A stretch of 64,000 nt of DNA from Squalus acanthias. Its lineage: Eukaryota. This document shows positions 12,473 through 24,968 of this stretch, in pieces. A program made the position numbers and the translations under genes. The notes under the pieces are model-generated. The model was not told the DNA's origin. It saw only the letters and a list, made by a program, of their open reading frames with translations, and did no database searches. The stretch's first letter is position 1, and each line of letters opens with the position of its first letter. The stretch lies in contig CM059452.1 in NCBI GenBank assembly GCA_030390025.1, positions 10,168,001-10,232,000 of the forward strand, read 5' to 3'.

Positions 12473-13032
12473 CTAAAGGACAGAGAGGGAAACGTTTAGA
12501 TAAAGTTCCAATAACTGTGAGTAATAAATCCCAACAGGCGGTGAGATTGTCGCTCACACAACAAAAGCGGGATAGCATTTCGGAATAGGAGTTCTCAGAG
12601 TGACTGTATCCAAACAGAAATATATGAAGAGTTTTGATGAAGTAAATAAGGAGAAACTGTTTCCACTGGCAGGAGGGTCGGTACCCAGAGGACAAACACA
12701 TTGAAGATACTTGGCAAAAGAACCAGAGAGGAGATGAGGAGATTTGATTTTTTACTCAGCGAGTTGTTGTGATCTGGAATTCACTGCCTGAAAGGGCGGT
12801 GGAAGCAGATTCAATAATAACTTCCAAAGGGTAATTGGATAAATACTTAAAAAGAGACAAATTGCAGGAATAAAGATACCTATATATTAGAATTAACAGC
12901 ACAATGTCTAATCACAAATACAGGGACCAGCTGAGACTCGCCCCTGATCACAATGTTCCCCTGACGCGCTGATATGTTGAGCGACGCTCTGACAGTTTTT
13001 GTACAGGTCCAGCCCAGCTCCGTGTCTCTGTG

Positions 13033-13480
13033 GGGCTCAGTGCGCAGTAATACACCGCGGAGTCTGTCAGTTGTGTTTCAGACACATTCAGCGGGACGGT
13101 TCGGCTCGAATCATTGAGCTTCGCTGAAAAACGGTCCCCTGGAAATCTCCCTCCATTCTCGCTAAATCTGTTTCTCTTCAGCAGATACTCTATGGATCCG
13201 CTGGGATCCTGACGGTACCAGAATAGTTCAGGAGTGCTGGTGCTTGTAGCTGTATAATTACAGTGCAACTGAACATCGTCTCCTTCACTGACTGTGGTTG
13301 CAGCCGGTGTCTGTGAAACGGAATCTCCTCGACAATATCCTGCAAGAGCCCAGAGCGATATTACATTAAAAAATGTCACTTCTCTGTGTTTACCCCCCAG
13401 AATCAATCTGTCACCCCCCAACACTTACCTGAAAAGCAAGTCAGGGCAGTTAAACATAAATATATATCCCCGCAGCTCAG
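13033..13480 (-). CDS. TCR alpha/delta V: intact V exon and RSS, own leader lacks ATG (CTG at 13478-13480)
   Basis: V exon 13339-13033 (LHC, FWYRQ, YYCALSP); RSS CACAGAG 13026-13032 / 23 / ACAAAAACT 12994-13002. Leader frame (L)SCGDIYLCLTALTCFS ends in a gtaagt donor; an upstream in-frame TAA comes before any ATG. Confidence 0.8.
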
Positions 13481-13896
13481 GGGTTGCAACGGGAACGTGC
13501 TTGGATGGACTGAATAAAAGTTCCTTTAATGAACATTCAGCACCTTCCAACGGGATCAGTTCCTCACCTTCACCTCTTGTGATGTGAAAAGAAAACTCCA
13601 ACCTGTCTGTAGGTTTAAGACTCATGTGTCTGTCAATGTCCGTCATTGGCTCCGGCAGGGCGGATGGGTCTGTCTGCCATTCGCCTTTAATCTCACCTCA
13701 ACTGATCCGCTTTCATTCACTGAGAGAGATTGTCGAGTTTCCCCAAACAGTGTTCAGTGTTGAGTCAAATGGGATCCAGATAATTTTCTTCACTTCGGAT
13801 CAACCTATTGATATTCATGTGTTCAGGGAACTGGCCGATTAAATATAATGTATGATACAGATGTGAAACACAATGCTGTGTAACTTGTGAACTTAC

Positions 13897-13948
13897 CAAT
13901 TACGAAAGCTGCAGCTGTGACGATTAAATAAAAAGTAACACCCAACAT
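13897..13948 (-). other. orphan family-C leader exon with its promoter (14000-14250), no cognate V exon
   Basis: ATG...MLGVTFYLIVTAAAFVI+G|gtaagt, 52 nt, phase 1; homologous to leader 41468-41519. Confidence 0.8.
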
Positions 13949-14329
13949 ATTTGCAGAGAGTTGATGGTGGATTTGAACAGAACGGTTTGAAGCTGAAATT
14001 GCCTTGCAGTCAAGAATTGGGAAGATGTTGAGTAATATCCGGTCTCTCTGCCGTTTGGTCCGTTCCCGACAGAGTCAGCAGATCACATTCAATCAGCTCT
14101 CGGTCCTTTGTTCTCCAATTCATCCAATCAGTTTGTAGCTCCTTTGTTTTCCAATTCAACCAATCAGCTCACAGCTCCTTTGTTCGCAAATTCATGGCGT
14201 CAGAGCGGGGATCAGAGAACGGAGTGAAAATGTTCGCCCTTTAGCAGCGTCAGTCTGTGAGGGGGGAGCAGTGAAGGACAATAGTTAATGTTGTTCTGGT
14301 GCCGGAGACTCCCATCTAAACCAGACACC

Positions 14330-14665
14330 ATGTGCTCCCCATGTTCCTCACTGATATTAGTGGTCGTGCTGCCCGGTGAGTCCATGTTTAAAGGAACCTA
14401 TATATTTCATGGGTTATATTTACTCCCAGACTTTTGACAGATTCTGTATTTTGTTACACTGGCGAAGCCTCATTAACACATGATCCACCTGATTTAAGGG
14501 TTCAGGAAGGACAGATCTTAATACTGAAGACTAGTTACTCCACAGCCGATAGATTTCCCTGCCTCTTCTGGTACAACCAGTAGCCCCGGGGATGATCCGA
14601 GATATTTAATGAGGGGATACATCTCGGTGCAGGGAGACAAGTCTCCAGATTTCCCAGAGCGGTTC
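14330..14665 (+). pseudogene. family-A V pseudogene, 3'-truncated, no RSS
   Basis: Leader MCSPCSSLILVVVLP 14330-14375; acceptor lost, first Cys lost, TAG at 14581, homology ends after DFPERF. Confidence 0.8.
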
Positions 14666-14836
14666 AAAGGCACAGACACGAATACAACTGTTTGATATAT
14701 AAACCTGATAGTCTATTGTCTCCGTGGGTTTGTGATCAAATTAACCCCACAGATAACAGCACAGAAGAACACATAATGGAGCTGTAAATTCTCGCTGAGG
14801 TTTTTGTCCGGGGCCTTTGCTTTTTCTGACGCTGTG

Positions 14837-15356
14837 CCTCACTGCACAGTAATAGACCGCCCCGTCCTCCACACTCAGGCTGCTTATATTGAGATAACCG
14901 TACTTTCTAGACGTGTTAGCAGCCGCCAGATATTGCCTTGCGATTTCGACACCCTTCAGTGCTACTGTTTTGCTAATTATCCAGCTTGGAGGCTGTGACG
15001 GTTTTTGCCGATACCATTGCATGTAGACAATATCCGGGCTTTTATATTCGCAATCTAACTGCACCGAACCCCCTGTTGACACGGCGATTGTCACCGGAGA
15101 CTGAGTTACTGGATCTACACACAGCCCGCCTGTGAAGATAGGGGAACAGAAGAGCAGAAGATTAAATCGAAACGTGTGTCTATCTGTATGAGAGTGTGTA
15201 ACCCTCCATCTACGCAACTGTCCATCATGTGGATATTTCTGATCGGTAATTGCACTAAATCCCTGCACACGCTCTTTGCAACAACCAGCTAACCTGTGTT
15301 TTTAATATAATCCAATACTTACTGTTCAACACAGCCGCCAGTATTATTAGAAACAT
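14837..15356 (-). CDS. TCR alpha/delta V segment, apparently intact
   Basis: Leader MFLIILAAVLN 15356-15323; V exon 15129-14837 (LDC, QWYRQ, YYCAVR); RSS CACAGCG 14830-14836 / 22 / ACAAAAACC 14799-14807. Confidence 0.92.
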
Positions 15357-16038
15357 GTCTGACTGAATCTCTCACAGTGACTTGGAATTGAATGAGGCAG
15401 AGATTGAGTAGGAGAGCGGTAACCCGGGCTGTTCAGCTGATTGTTCCACTCACACACTGCAGGGGGCGTCCCCATTGTGACCTCACTCAGGCTTCGATCG
15501 CTATTAGCTTTGGCGTTTGCATCACGTGACTTTCTAATTACTATTCATGGGTTTGGCGCCTTCTGCTTGTGCATTGTGGAACATCGGGCTTAGAATGAGG
15601 TCATTGAGGGGATTTAGGGTTTTTGGTCATATATAAAAACACGATTGCCAGCTATTGACTCTTAAAGAGCAAGATTATAGCTGATCAAAGCCACTCATTA
15701 TTTCTGATGCGGTGTAATCGCTTAATTACGCTCTCACTCTATTTCTTCCCAGTCGCTTGCTCAGCAAGCAAGAGCAGTTTGACCACAGACGTCATGAAGT
15801 GGCGAACAAAGGAGCTGTGTGCTGAGTGGGTGAATTGGAGAACAAAGCAGCTGTGAGATGTTTGGAAGAATTAGAGTAAAATGGAACTGTGAGCTGCTTG
15901 GATCTCACCTGTTGTCTCTGTCAGGAATGAACCAATCGGCAGAGACGCCGGATATCATTCAACACCTTCCCAAGTCTTGACTAAAATATTTCAGGTTGAA
16001 CTCGTTCTCTTCAAATCTGTCATCAACTCTCTGCAAAC

Positions 16039-16566
16039 ATGTTAGGACTTACTTTTTATTCTTTTCCTCACAGCTGCGGCTTTCTCAACTGGTAAAGTTT
16101 AAAAGCTACAAAATCTTCTCTCTTGTGACTGCCGTAGAGAATCTTTCTTTTACCTGTATTTTCTCTCTATTTCCTGTATATTCCGTCACCTTGATTCTAT
16201 TAGTCATTCAAAAAAATGATAATAAAAGTTTAAAGTTGTGTATTTGTAAATTTCTGCAGGTGTTAGTGGTGCGGACTCGGTATCACAGGGGCCGCTTGCA
16301 GTGATGCAGTTTGAAGGAGACTCGGTGACCATTAATTACAGCTATTCGACCACTGCTCCTTCACATTCCTTACAACTGTACCGTCAGGACCGCGACAAAG
16401 GGCCCACATTGCTGATCTACAGTCCTTCTTACGGAGATGTTTTCAAAGCAGAGGGCACGGGGGCTCGAATTTCCGCATTTCTCGACATTTCAGAAAGTAT
16501 GGGGAATTTCACCATCCGCGGACTACGACTGTCTGACAGCGTGGTGTATCACTGCGGGCGGAGAGA
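16039..16566 (+). pseudogene. family-C V pseudogene
   Basis: Leader 16039-16091 is 53 nt (+1 frameshift vs the 52-nt paralogs); V exon 16260-16566 has first Cys changed to Tyr; RSS CACAGTG 16567-16573 / 23 / ACAAACAAA. Confidence 0.85.
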
Positions 16567-17356
16567 CACAGTGACTGGAACCAGAGGGAGCCTCGTACAA
16601 ACAAACTGCCGGAATGTGACAGGGACAAGTGGGGAGCGGGCAGTGTGGGGAGAAACGGGGACTGTCAGTACTTCTCACAGGACAGTGTCCGTGTAAAAAC
16701 TGACAAATCAATCGCTATCCAACTAACAGTACAGAACAGGAAACATCATGTTTATTATTCATAAAAATAATCGTGTTGCTAATTTGATAATAAGGTATTC
16801 GATGGGACGGTGCTTCCAAACACTTTTCATGTAATGGGCACCTCAACTTTCAAACTTAGTGAAACAAATATAAACCAGTTCTCGTTCAGTGTCAGAATCG
16901 CACTCAGACCTGGCGCTCCAGTCGGCAGGAAAGGAATTGAACGGAGGGACCACATTCGGTGACGATGTAATAAACCATTGAGGAGTCAAAAATCCTTCAG
17001 AACAAAGAAGTCTCGGCTGAACTGTAACCCCGCGAGACTCCCATTCCCCAGCTGGTGCGCAAACTCGGAGAAAACTGTCCAGAAAACAGGCAAAAGAGCA
17101 ACAGTCAATAGTCTGAGGATGAAGGTGGCAGTGATTCAGGAGAGACAGTTCCCAGTGAGTAACAGGGAAAACAACGCGGAAACTGCACAGACTGAACCCA
17201 ACCGACAAATGAGAGACTTTGGGAACAGTTCTCATGATGGCCGGAACCGCAAACAGCACAAAGTGAGCCTTATATCCGGCTTCAGCAGGCGGAGCCTCTG
17301 ATCTACAAAGCGGCGAAAGTTTCTGTACCAGGCTTTAACTGGTTTCCATCAGTGTG

Positions 17357-17832
17357 GTCTCAGGGCGCAGTAATAAACTGCAGTGTCGGTCAGCTGCAGC
17401 CCCGAGATGGTTAAACTGGTGAATTTAGTCGAGGTCTGGATTTCTGCAGAGAAACGGGTTTTATCAAAATCTGATTTATGCTCAACTCCATCAACACCAT
17501 CATGATCCTTCCACAGTATAAACTCGGGCTGTGTGTCTGGGTGGTTCCGGTACCAATATAAATAATAAAAGGTGCTCCATTTAGTGTCATAGGTACAGTT
17601 TAAAGTCACCGCTTCCCATTCTGTCTAAACTCCTGAGGACAGCGTCTGAGTGACAGAATCTCCAAGACTCAGATCTGAAAAACATGTTCAAACAGGAAAA
17701 TATCAGACCAGTGGGTGTTTAAAATTCAGATTCAAACCATGTTTGGAAATGAGAGAAAAGATGAGATGTGTTTGGTCCATAATTACCTGTCAGAAATGCC
17801 CCCCACACAGCCCAGATGCTGAGTAGCCGCAT
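17357..17832 (-). pseudogene. family-D V pseudogene (TAG in FR1)
   Basis: Leader 17832-17787; V exon from 17674; in-frame TAG at 17625-17627 (AAG in the 6-kb paralog); RSS CACACTG 17350-17356 / 23 / ACAGAAACT 17318-17326. Confidence 0.88.
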
Positions 17833-18384
17833 TGTCGCTGTTCGCTCTGTAAAAGCGGGGTTGGATATTTGAAGATACCCGTTCTAATCCCCGCCCTCAA
17901 TAATCTGCTGTCTTGTCTCAGGATGCTCTCACCTCACTTCCTTGTCTCCCCAGTGGTGCTGTGAGACCGGTAGGTGGTGAGTTGGCTTCCAGTGAATGGA
18001 AACTCCCCGAGCTGGGCTACAGTCAGTGTCCTTATACGGGAATGGTTCCGCTTTTTGAGGCTGGGGCTCGGAACGAAACCTTTGTCTGAGTAATGGAACC
18101 CGGAAACTCAGGATTGCAGATGGTGACAGAAAATATTCCGGTATTAAAGAGACATTCTGAAGGACAATCGACATTGGGAGAACTCTGTGCTTGGGGCTTG
18201 TTTTAAAAGCACAATCACCACCTTGTGAAATATGTTCATTGTGTATAAACTGTCTCTGACCCAGCAACATACTCTGATCAAATAAACCCTGTGTACAGGC
18301 CGCGATCAAAGGGTCCGGGACTCTGACAGGGGAGATGTGTAAAGGGCTGCACAATATTGCAGGCAGGCACGGAAGGGCCACAAT

Positions 18385-19365
18385 ATGTATCAATGATTTG
18401 GATGAGGGAACCAAATGTAATATTTCTAAATTTGTTGACGACACGAAACTAGGTTGGACTGTGAGTTGTGAGGAGGATGCAAAGAGGCTTCAAAGCGATT
18501 TCGACAAGTTCAGTGAGTGGGCAAATACATGGCAGGGGTAGTATAACGTGGATAAATGTGAAGTTATCCACTTTGGTAGGAAAAACAGAAAGACAGAATA
18601 TTATTTAACTGGTGATAGATTGGGAAATGCTGATGTACAAAGGGACCTGGGTGTCCTGTACACCAGTCACTGAAAGCAAACATGCAGGTGCAGCAAGCAG
18701 TTAGGAAGACAAATGGTATGTTGGCCTTCATTGCAAGAGGATTTGAGTACAGGAGCAAGGATGTCTTCCTATAGTTATACAGGGCCTTGGTGAGACCACA
18801 CCTGAAGTAATATGTGCAGTTTTGGTCACCTTACCTAAGAAAGGATATACTTGCCATAGAGGGAGTGCAGCGAAGGTTCACCAGACTGATTCCTGGGATG
18901 GCAGGACTGTCGTATGAGGAGAGATTGGGTCGACTAGGCCTGTATTCACTAGAGTTTAGAAGAATGAGAGGGGATCTCACTGAAACGTATAAAATTCTGA
19001 TAGGGCTCGACAGACTGGATGCAGGGAGGATGTTTCCCTTGGCTGGGGGGCGGTCGAGAACGAGGGGTCTCAGTCTCAGGATACGGGGTAGGACATTTAG
19101 GACTGAGATGAGGAGATATTTCTTCACTCAGAGGGTGGTGAACCTGTGGAATTCTCTACAACAGAAGGCTGTGAAGGCCAAGTCACTCAATATAGTTAAG
19201 AAGGAGATTGATAGATTTCTAGACACAAAACGCATCAAGGGGCATGGGGAGCGAGCGAGAATATGGTATTGAGATAGAGGATCAGCCATGATCATATTGA
19301 ATGGCGGAGCAGGCTCGAAGGGCCGAATGATCTATTCATGCTCCTATTTTTCTATGTTTCTATCA
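18385..19365 (+). mobile_element. CR1 LINE 3' fragment
   Basis: ORF2 C-terminal motifs (INDLDEG, QFWSPYLRKDI, RRMRGDL, FFTQRVVNLWNSL), with stops. Confidence 0.9.
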
Positions 19366-19870
19366 TAGATTCAGAGAATCTTACAGCACAGAAGGGGCTT
19401 CGGCCCGTCGTGCCTGTTTAGTCCCATATCCCAGTTTTTTCTCTAGAACTCTGCAAATCAGTCCTCTTCAAGTACGTGTCCAATTGCCTTTTGAAAGTTC
19501 CCATGAAATCTGATTCCACCATCCTTTAATGTATTGCCTTGCAGATCTTAACAAACGTCTTTGTGAAGAAATGTCTTCTCATTTCCCCTCTAGTTCTTTT
19601 GTCAATTATTTTAAATCTATTCCCTCTTGTTACCAACCCACTTGCCAAAGGAAATACTTTCTCCCTATTTGCTCCGTCAAAACCTCTCATAATTTTGAAT
19701 AATTCTATTAGGTCTCCCCTTAACCTTCTCTGCTCTAAGAAGAACAATCCCGGCTTCTACAATCTCTCCACATAACTGAAGTCCCTCATCCCTGGTATCA
19801 TCCTGGTAAACCTCCTCTGTTCCCTCTCCAGGGCCTTGACATCATCCTAACGTGTGGTGCCCAGAAATGT
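19366..19870 (-). mobile_element. CR1 LINE 3' fragment
   Basis: LEQRRLRGDLIELFKIM motif on minus strand. Confidence 0.85.
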
Positions 19871-20163
19871 ACACAACAGAGAAAGGACAAATGGGGAGTT
19901 ATGGCGCCACAGACATGATTTGTGAAGTTCATTTTTATTCTAAATACGAGTTGAAATCACCTAAAAAATCCTCAAGTGGACCTGACCTGTTCTTGCTGAG
20001 TGTTGTGACTTGTCGCTCTTTTAAAAATCTCCCTGTGACTCTCGCTGTGGAGACTGAATTATCGCTGCTGGTTATCGGTGTGAGAGCGCCCTCTGGTGAG
20101 CACTAACCGGAACTCTCAGTGTGGGTTTTTGTACGGGATCCGCTATATCTCTGCAGCAGTGTG

Positions 20164-20595
20164 GGGCTCATGGCACAGAAATACGCGGCGCTGTCGGAGA
20201 CAAGAACTGCGGTGATATTTAAAGGAACCGTTTTGCTGTCTCTGTGCAAAACAGCAGAGAACAGGCCTGGGAAATCAGGAGACTGGTCTACCGTCCCCGA
20301 GCTATATATCCTCAGTAAATATCTCGGAGCTTCCCCGGGATACTGGATGTACCAGAACAGAGTTAGAGCAGCTGCCGAGTAACTGCAGTTCAATATTATG
20401 GTCTGTCCCTCCTGAACCGTTAATTCAGGCGGATCCTGGGACACTGATTCTTTGCCATTCGTTCCTGTAACAAAACACAGAATGTGTCAAAAGTCTGGGA
20501 GTAAGGAAAATCCGTGAAACACACAATGACCATTTACGCATGTACTCACTGGACAGCACGACCATTATTATCAGTAAGGAACACGGGGAGCACAT
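20164..20595 (-). CDS. TCR alpha/delta V (family-A body, family-B 3' end/RSS), apparently intact
   Basis: Leader MCSPCSLLIIMVVLS 20595-20550; V exon 20464-20164 (LNC, FWY, YFCAMSP); RSS CACACTG 20157-20163 / 24 / ACAAAAACC 20124-20132. Confidence 0.92.
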
Positions 20596-21644
20596 GGTGC
20601 CTGGTTTAGAATTAGACAGAAAACAGCAGATCGTTTTAAATATGTTGGCCCGTCTAGTCTGAAATTAAAGAATAAACTCAGATCAGGGGCAGTCTTCACT
20701 TATTAGGAGACTGAGGGACGTTTCCCAAGGACAGGATTGGCTGATCTCTCAGAACTGACACCAGCTGTGCACCAATCAGTCTTAGTTGTGGACCAATTAC
20801 TGATGTCTCCCTACAAACCCTTTCCTTCCCTAGCTCTGTGAGTGAGTCTCTCGCTCCCTCTGTCTCTCTCACTATCTGTCGCTCTCTGCCTCTCTCTCTC
20901 TCTCTCTCTCTATCGCTCTCTGCCTCTCTCTCTATCTCTCTCTCTCTATCGCTCTCTGCCTCTCTCTATATTTGTGTCTCGCTGTCGCTCACTCTATTTA
21001 ACTCGGTGTCTTTTTCTCTCCTTTTCTCTCTCTCTCTCCATCTCTCTCTCCCTGTCTTTGTTTCGGTGTCACTTACTTTGTTTAACTCTGTGACTTTCTC
21101 ACTCCCTCTCTCTCGTTTCTTCTCTCTCTCAGTAAGGTGAAAAGCGAAAAATAATATAAATCAATTCAATCCCCGGTATCACTTATTTCCCACCACAGCA
21201 AATGAGCTCCATTAACTTGTCGAAGCCCCAAGACTACGAGGGACATGACAAGTGGACAGCCCTCTGCACCGGTGAGATAGCTTTTAAAAATAGGACCTGA
21301 CGGATCTTCACCACACCCAGGACACCTGCTTGTAGAGATTTAACCCGTTATTCGTCCCAGAGATCTGAAGATCTGTGCGAACAGTGTGGTGGAAATGTCT
21401 GAATTTCACACTGGAATAAAATGGTTGAGAAATTTCTCTTATCCCAACACTGACAGCACTGACATAACTGGAGAAACCCGATCGGATCAGGCTGTATTTT
21501 CCGACTCATTTTCTGTATAACCCCTCGGGGAGTCAATCCCTGGTATTTTCCTGAGGTGAAGCACGAGAACCCATCCCATCTCACCCTCCTTCCCCTATGC
21601 CGACCTGTTTTTGTATGAGGGCCGAGGGATCCTTGTTCACTGTG

Positions 21645-22116
21645 GGTCTCAGGGCACAGTAATACACGGCGCTGTCTGTGACCTTCAAGCCTTTCATGGA
21701 TAAGTGTAAAGTGCCTTGTGTCAGGTTGGGATTCCCCCTGAAGTGTTCAAAGCCCGGAGCTGTCTCGTTATTCCCATAACTATCGGTTCTGCTCAGATAC
21801 TGAGGGGTTTTGTGGGGACACTGGCGATACCAAAACAGGTTATAGCTTGTAGCTGAACCCGATACAGAGTAACTGCAGGTTATTGTTGAATCTGAACCCT
21901 CTTCTGATCTGACTCCTTGTTCTGACTGGGACACCGAGTCTCCGTTACACACCTCTAAAAATAAACAGCGGACACACACCGGGTTAGACGGAGTAACAGA
22001 AAGAGAATAATCACCCGGAGATGGAGATGGGGATTGGAGAATGTTACAGGAAGGTTCCAATATCACCGACCTGTGATCAGGACAATAACCAGAGTCAGGC
22101 AGAGTTTCACCTCCAT
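21645..22116 (-). CDS. TCR alpha/delta V segment, apparently intact, extra Cys in FR2
   Basis: Leader MEVKLCLTLVIVLIT 22116-22071; V exon 21954-21645 (ITC, FWYRQCP, YYCALRP); RSS CACAGTG 21638-21644 / 23 / ACAAAAACA 21606-21614. Confidence 0.92.
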
Positions 22117-22349
22117 GGTTTCAGCCTGATCTCCAGAAACAAGAGATTGTGATCACTGCCTGTACCGGGTCTGGAATTGGAGAAACTGGAAGAGCGCAGG
22201 GATCTCATCAGATCGGCTGGGCTTTCCTCTCCCCGCTCATTTGCACCTCTCGAAACAGTCACTTCCTGCAGATGCGGATCAGGATCTTTGTAAAGTGATC
22301 AGAGAGCGCCCTCCTGCGGACAGTACAAGCTTGACGTAGTGCATTGGAA

Positions 22350-24050
22350 ACACGCACGTACACTGACATATACACAGACACACAGGCATATACAGACACA
22401 CTAATATATACACACACTGACAGATACACACGCATAAATACACACGCAGACATTTATACGCACACATACGTATACACACAGAGAAACATATACATACACG
22501 CAGACATATATATACACGCAGACATAGATATATATATATATATACACACACACGCACACAGACGTATATATACTCACAGACATATACACACCTGCAGAAA
22601 CATAGCCATAAGTACGCCAACATAAACCCAGAAACACACAATGGTTTTTATATTGTGGAGTTTACCGACACACAGACATGACACACAGACAAATAAACAC
22701 ACACATAGACACACAGACAAATACACACACACATAGACACACAGCCAGATAAACGCACACATAGACACACAGACAGATAGGCACACATATAGACACACAG
22801 ACAGATAAACACACACATAGACACACAGAGAGATAAACACACACATAGATACACAGACAGATAAACACAGTCATAGACACAGGCAAAATAGTTCGAGTGT
22901 AAACTGACGTTAACGGATTACTCTGAGGTAGTGACATTGCGACAATATCGTGTCAGGTTTTCATTGCTGTAAAATTGATTATTTTTTATCCGCAAGAACA
23001 CCCTAAAATCGATTCCTCATTAACCGTGAGCATCGGTTTCAAAACACGGTTAAACTGGGAATCCTTTTGAAGAATAACCTTCAATCGAAGGGTTTATTTC
23101 TGTCCTTCACATTGTGGGTGAGGCCGGTAACAGTCAGATAGAATCCGCAGCCATTCCCGGGATCGGATGATCAGATGTCCGGGAGCCTGTGTCCCGGGGC
23201 CGCGGGCAGTGATGATAAACACAGACAGCGACAATGATCATTGGCAGCTCATTGAAACCAGGCTCTTGGTTTGATTCAGGAAATGACGGGACTCCGTGTG
23301 CTGACAGAAACACTTCAAATTCTCCCCTTCAGTCCGAAAGCTGCAACTGAGAGGAGGCACCGGGTGAAGTGCGGGCTCCCAGTGTGGGGAGACTGCGGCC
23401 ATTATGGAGTTTGGGCTTTTAGTTATTTGGGTCCTTCCAACGTTGTTATTTGTCAGACCCAGTTATTGGTAATCTCTGAAACTTTGAACAGTACCGGAAA
23501 TACACACGCGCACACCCTTAAACAAAGCACACACAAACACATGCATTAACATACACACACTTACACACGCATAAACTCAAACATGAACACAAACACACAC
23601 ACATACAAACACACACACTTACAAACACACACACTTACATGCAAACACACACATGTACACATAAACACACACACGCTTACACCTGAACATACACAATCAC
23701 TTACACATAACCATAAACATACACATAAACACACACATGGACGCACATACACAAAAAACAAACACACAATTAAACATAAACACAATTACAAATAAACACA
23801 CACACTTATACAAAGACTTACACATAAACATACACAAACTGACAAAAATACACGCACACTTACACATAATCACACACTTACACATAAATACACATATATA
23901 GAATTATGCAAACACACACACTGACACAGCAACACACACACAATTACACAAACACACACGCACACACTTACACAGCAACACACACATTAACACACAAACA
24001 CAGACTAAAACAAAACAAGAGATTGTCATACACACATACGCAAACACGAA
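22350..24050. repeat. two (CA/TA)-rich microsatellite blocks (22350-22885, 23500-24050)
   Basis: Low-complexity acac/atac/agac runs. Confidence 0.85.
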
Positions 24051-24691
24051 TGCGCGAAAAAACCTCAGGCTATAGACGATTGTAGAATGAAAATGCACTT
24101 TTTGAACGAACACAGTTTCCAACGATTGTTCTGAATGAATAATTCCTGATACCATAACATCTCACATTTCTCTATTCTGGTCCTACACATACACTGTATC
24201 ATTGTTCTTGTTGGAAACTGATACAAGTTAATTATGTTCAGATCATTGCCATAACAAATAAATAAACAAGATTATAAATCACATCTGGTCTCTTACCCAG
24301 CCCCCTTGACAGTCTCCAAATAAGTAGCTATCTAAACCTATCGTTACAATAATCGATATCAATCAGTAAACCTCCCTCGATATTTCATCATATTATTCCC
24401 GAATGATAGATTGTACGAAATTGATGCAAAATCAATTAGCGTGTGACATTGAAGAAAAAACTGTCGTTTTTTCCAACACGGACTACAGGAGGATCCAAAA
24501 GAAAGAGCGACTGTGGAGTTAGGAACAGAGATAGATTGCTGAGACAGATTAACTTAACACAAGATATACATTGAAAATTAAATTAGGGAACAAACTTATA
24601 CCTTAAGGAAAAGAAGAGAATATATAATAATATTATGATATCTTGGATTAATAAAGGATCTGAATATATTTCCGCCTCTACATCCCCGTAG

Positions 24692-24819
24692 ATTCCTCAG
24701 ACCAAATCTTGATTGAAGACTATGAGGAAGAGAGCGGCAACATCTGGACAACCGCTTCCACATTCATCATCCTGTTCTTCCTGAGCATGTCCTACAGCGC
24801 TGCCGTCACTCTAGTGAAG
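24692..24819 (+). CDS. immunoglobulin heavy-chain membrane exon TM1 (IgM-like), orphan
   Basis: ccccgtag acceptor, phase 1, (D)SSDQILIEDYEEESGNIWTTASTFIILFFLSMSYSAAVTLVK, then gtgaga donor: acidic spacer plus the canonical IgH TM motif W-TASTFI-LF-LS--YS--VTL-K. Confidence 0.93.
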
Positions 24820-24959
24820 GTGAGAAGATTCAATCCACTCACACTTCGATCTGACTGAAGCGGTTTAACAAATCTCTAAAAGTTTCATTGATAAAAACCC
24901 TGAGATAAATGCCCCAAACCACTAAATCTCTGCTTCATTCTTTTATCCCTCTTTTACAG

Positions 24960-24968
24960 ATCAAGTGA
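24960..24968 (+). CDS. IgH membrane exon TM2 (IK*) followed by AATAAA
   Basis: Polypyrimidine tract + ttttacag|ATC AAG TGA; AATAAA at 25032-25037 and 25425-25430; equivalent to the VK* exon of membrane IgM. Confidence 0.85.
   Translation: MK

Noticed and set aside
22900-24690. Searched for IgH CH/secretory exons upstream of TM1
   Set aside because: No C1-set Cys/Trp pattern or credible exon recognised by eye; a decayed remnant cannot be excluded without BLASTX.
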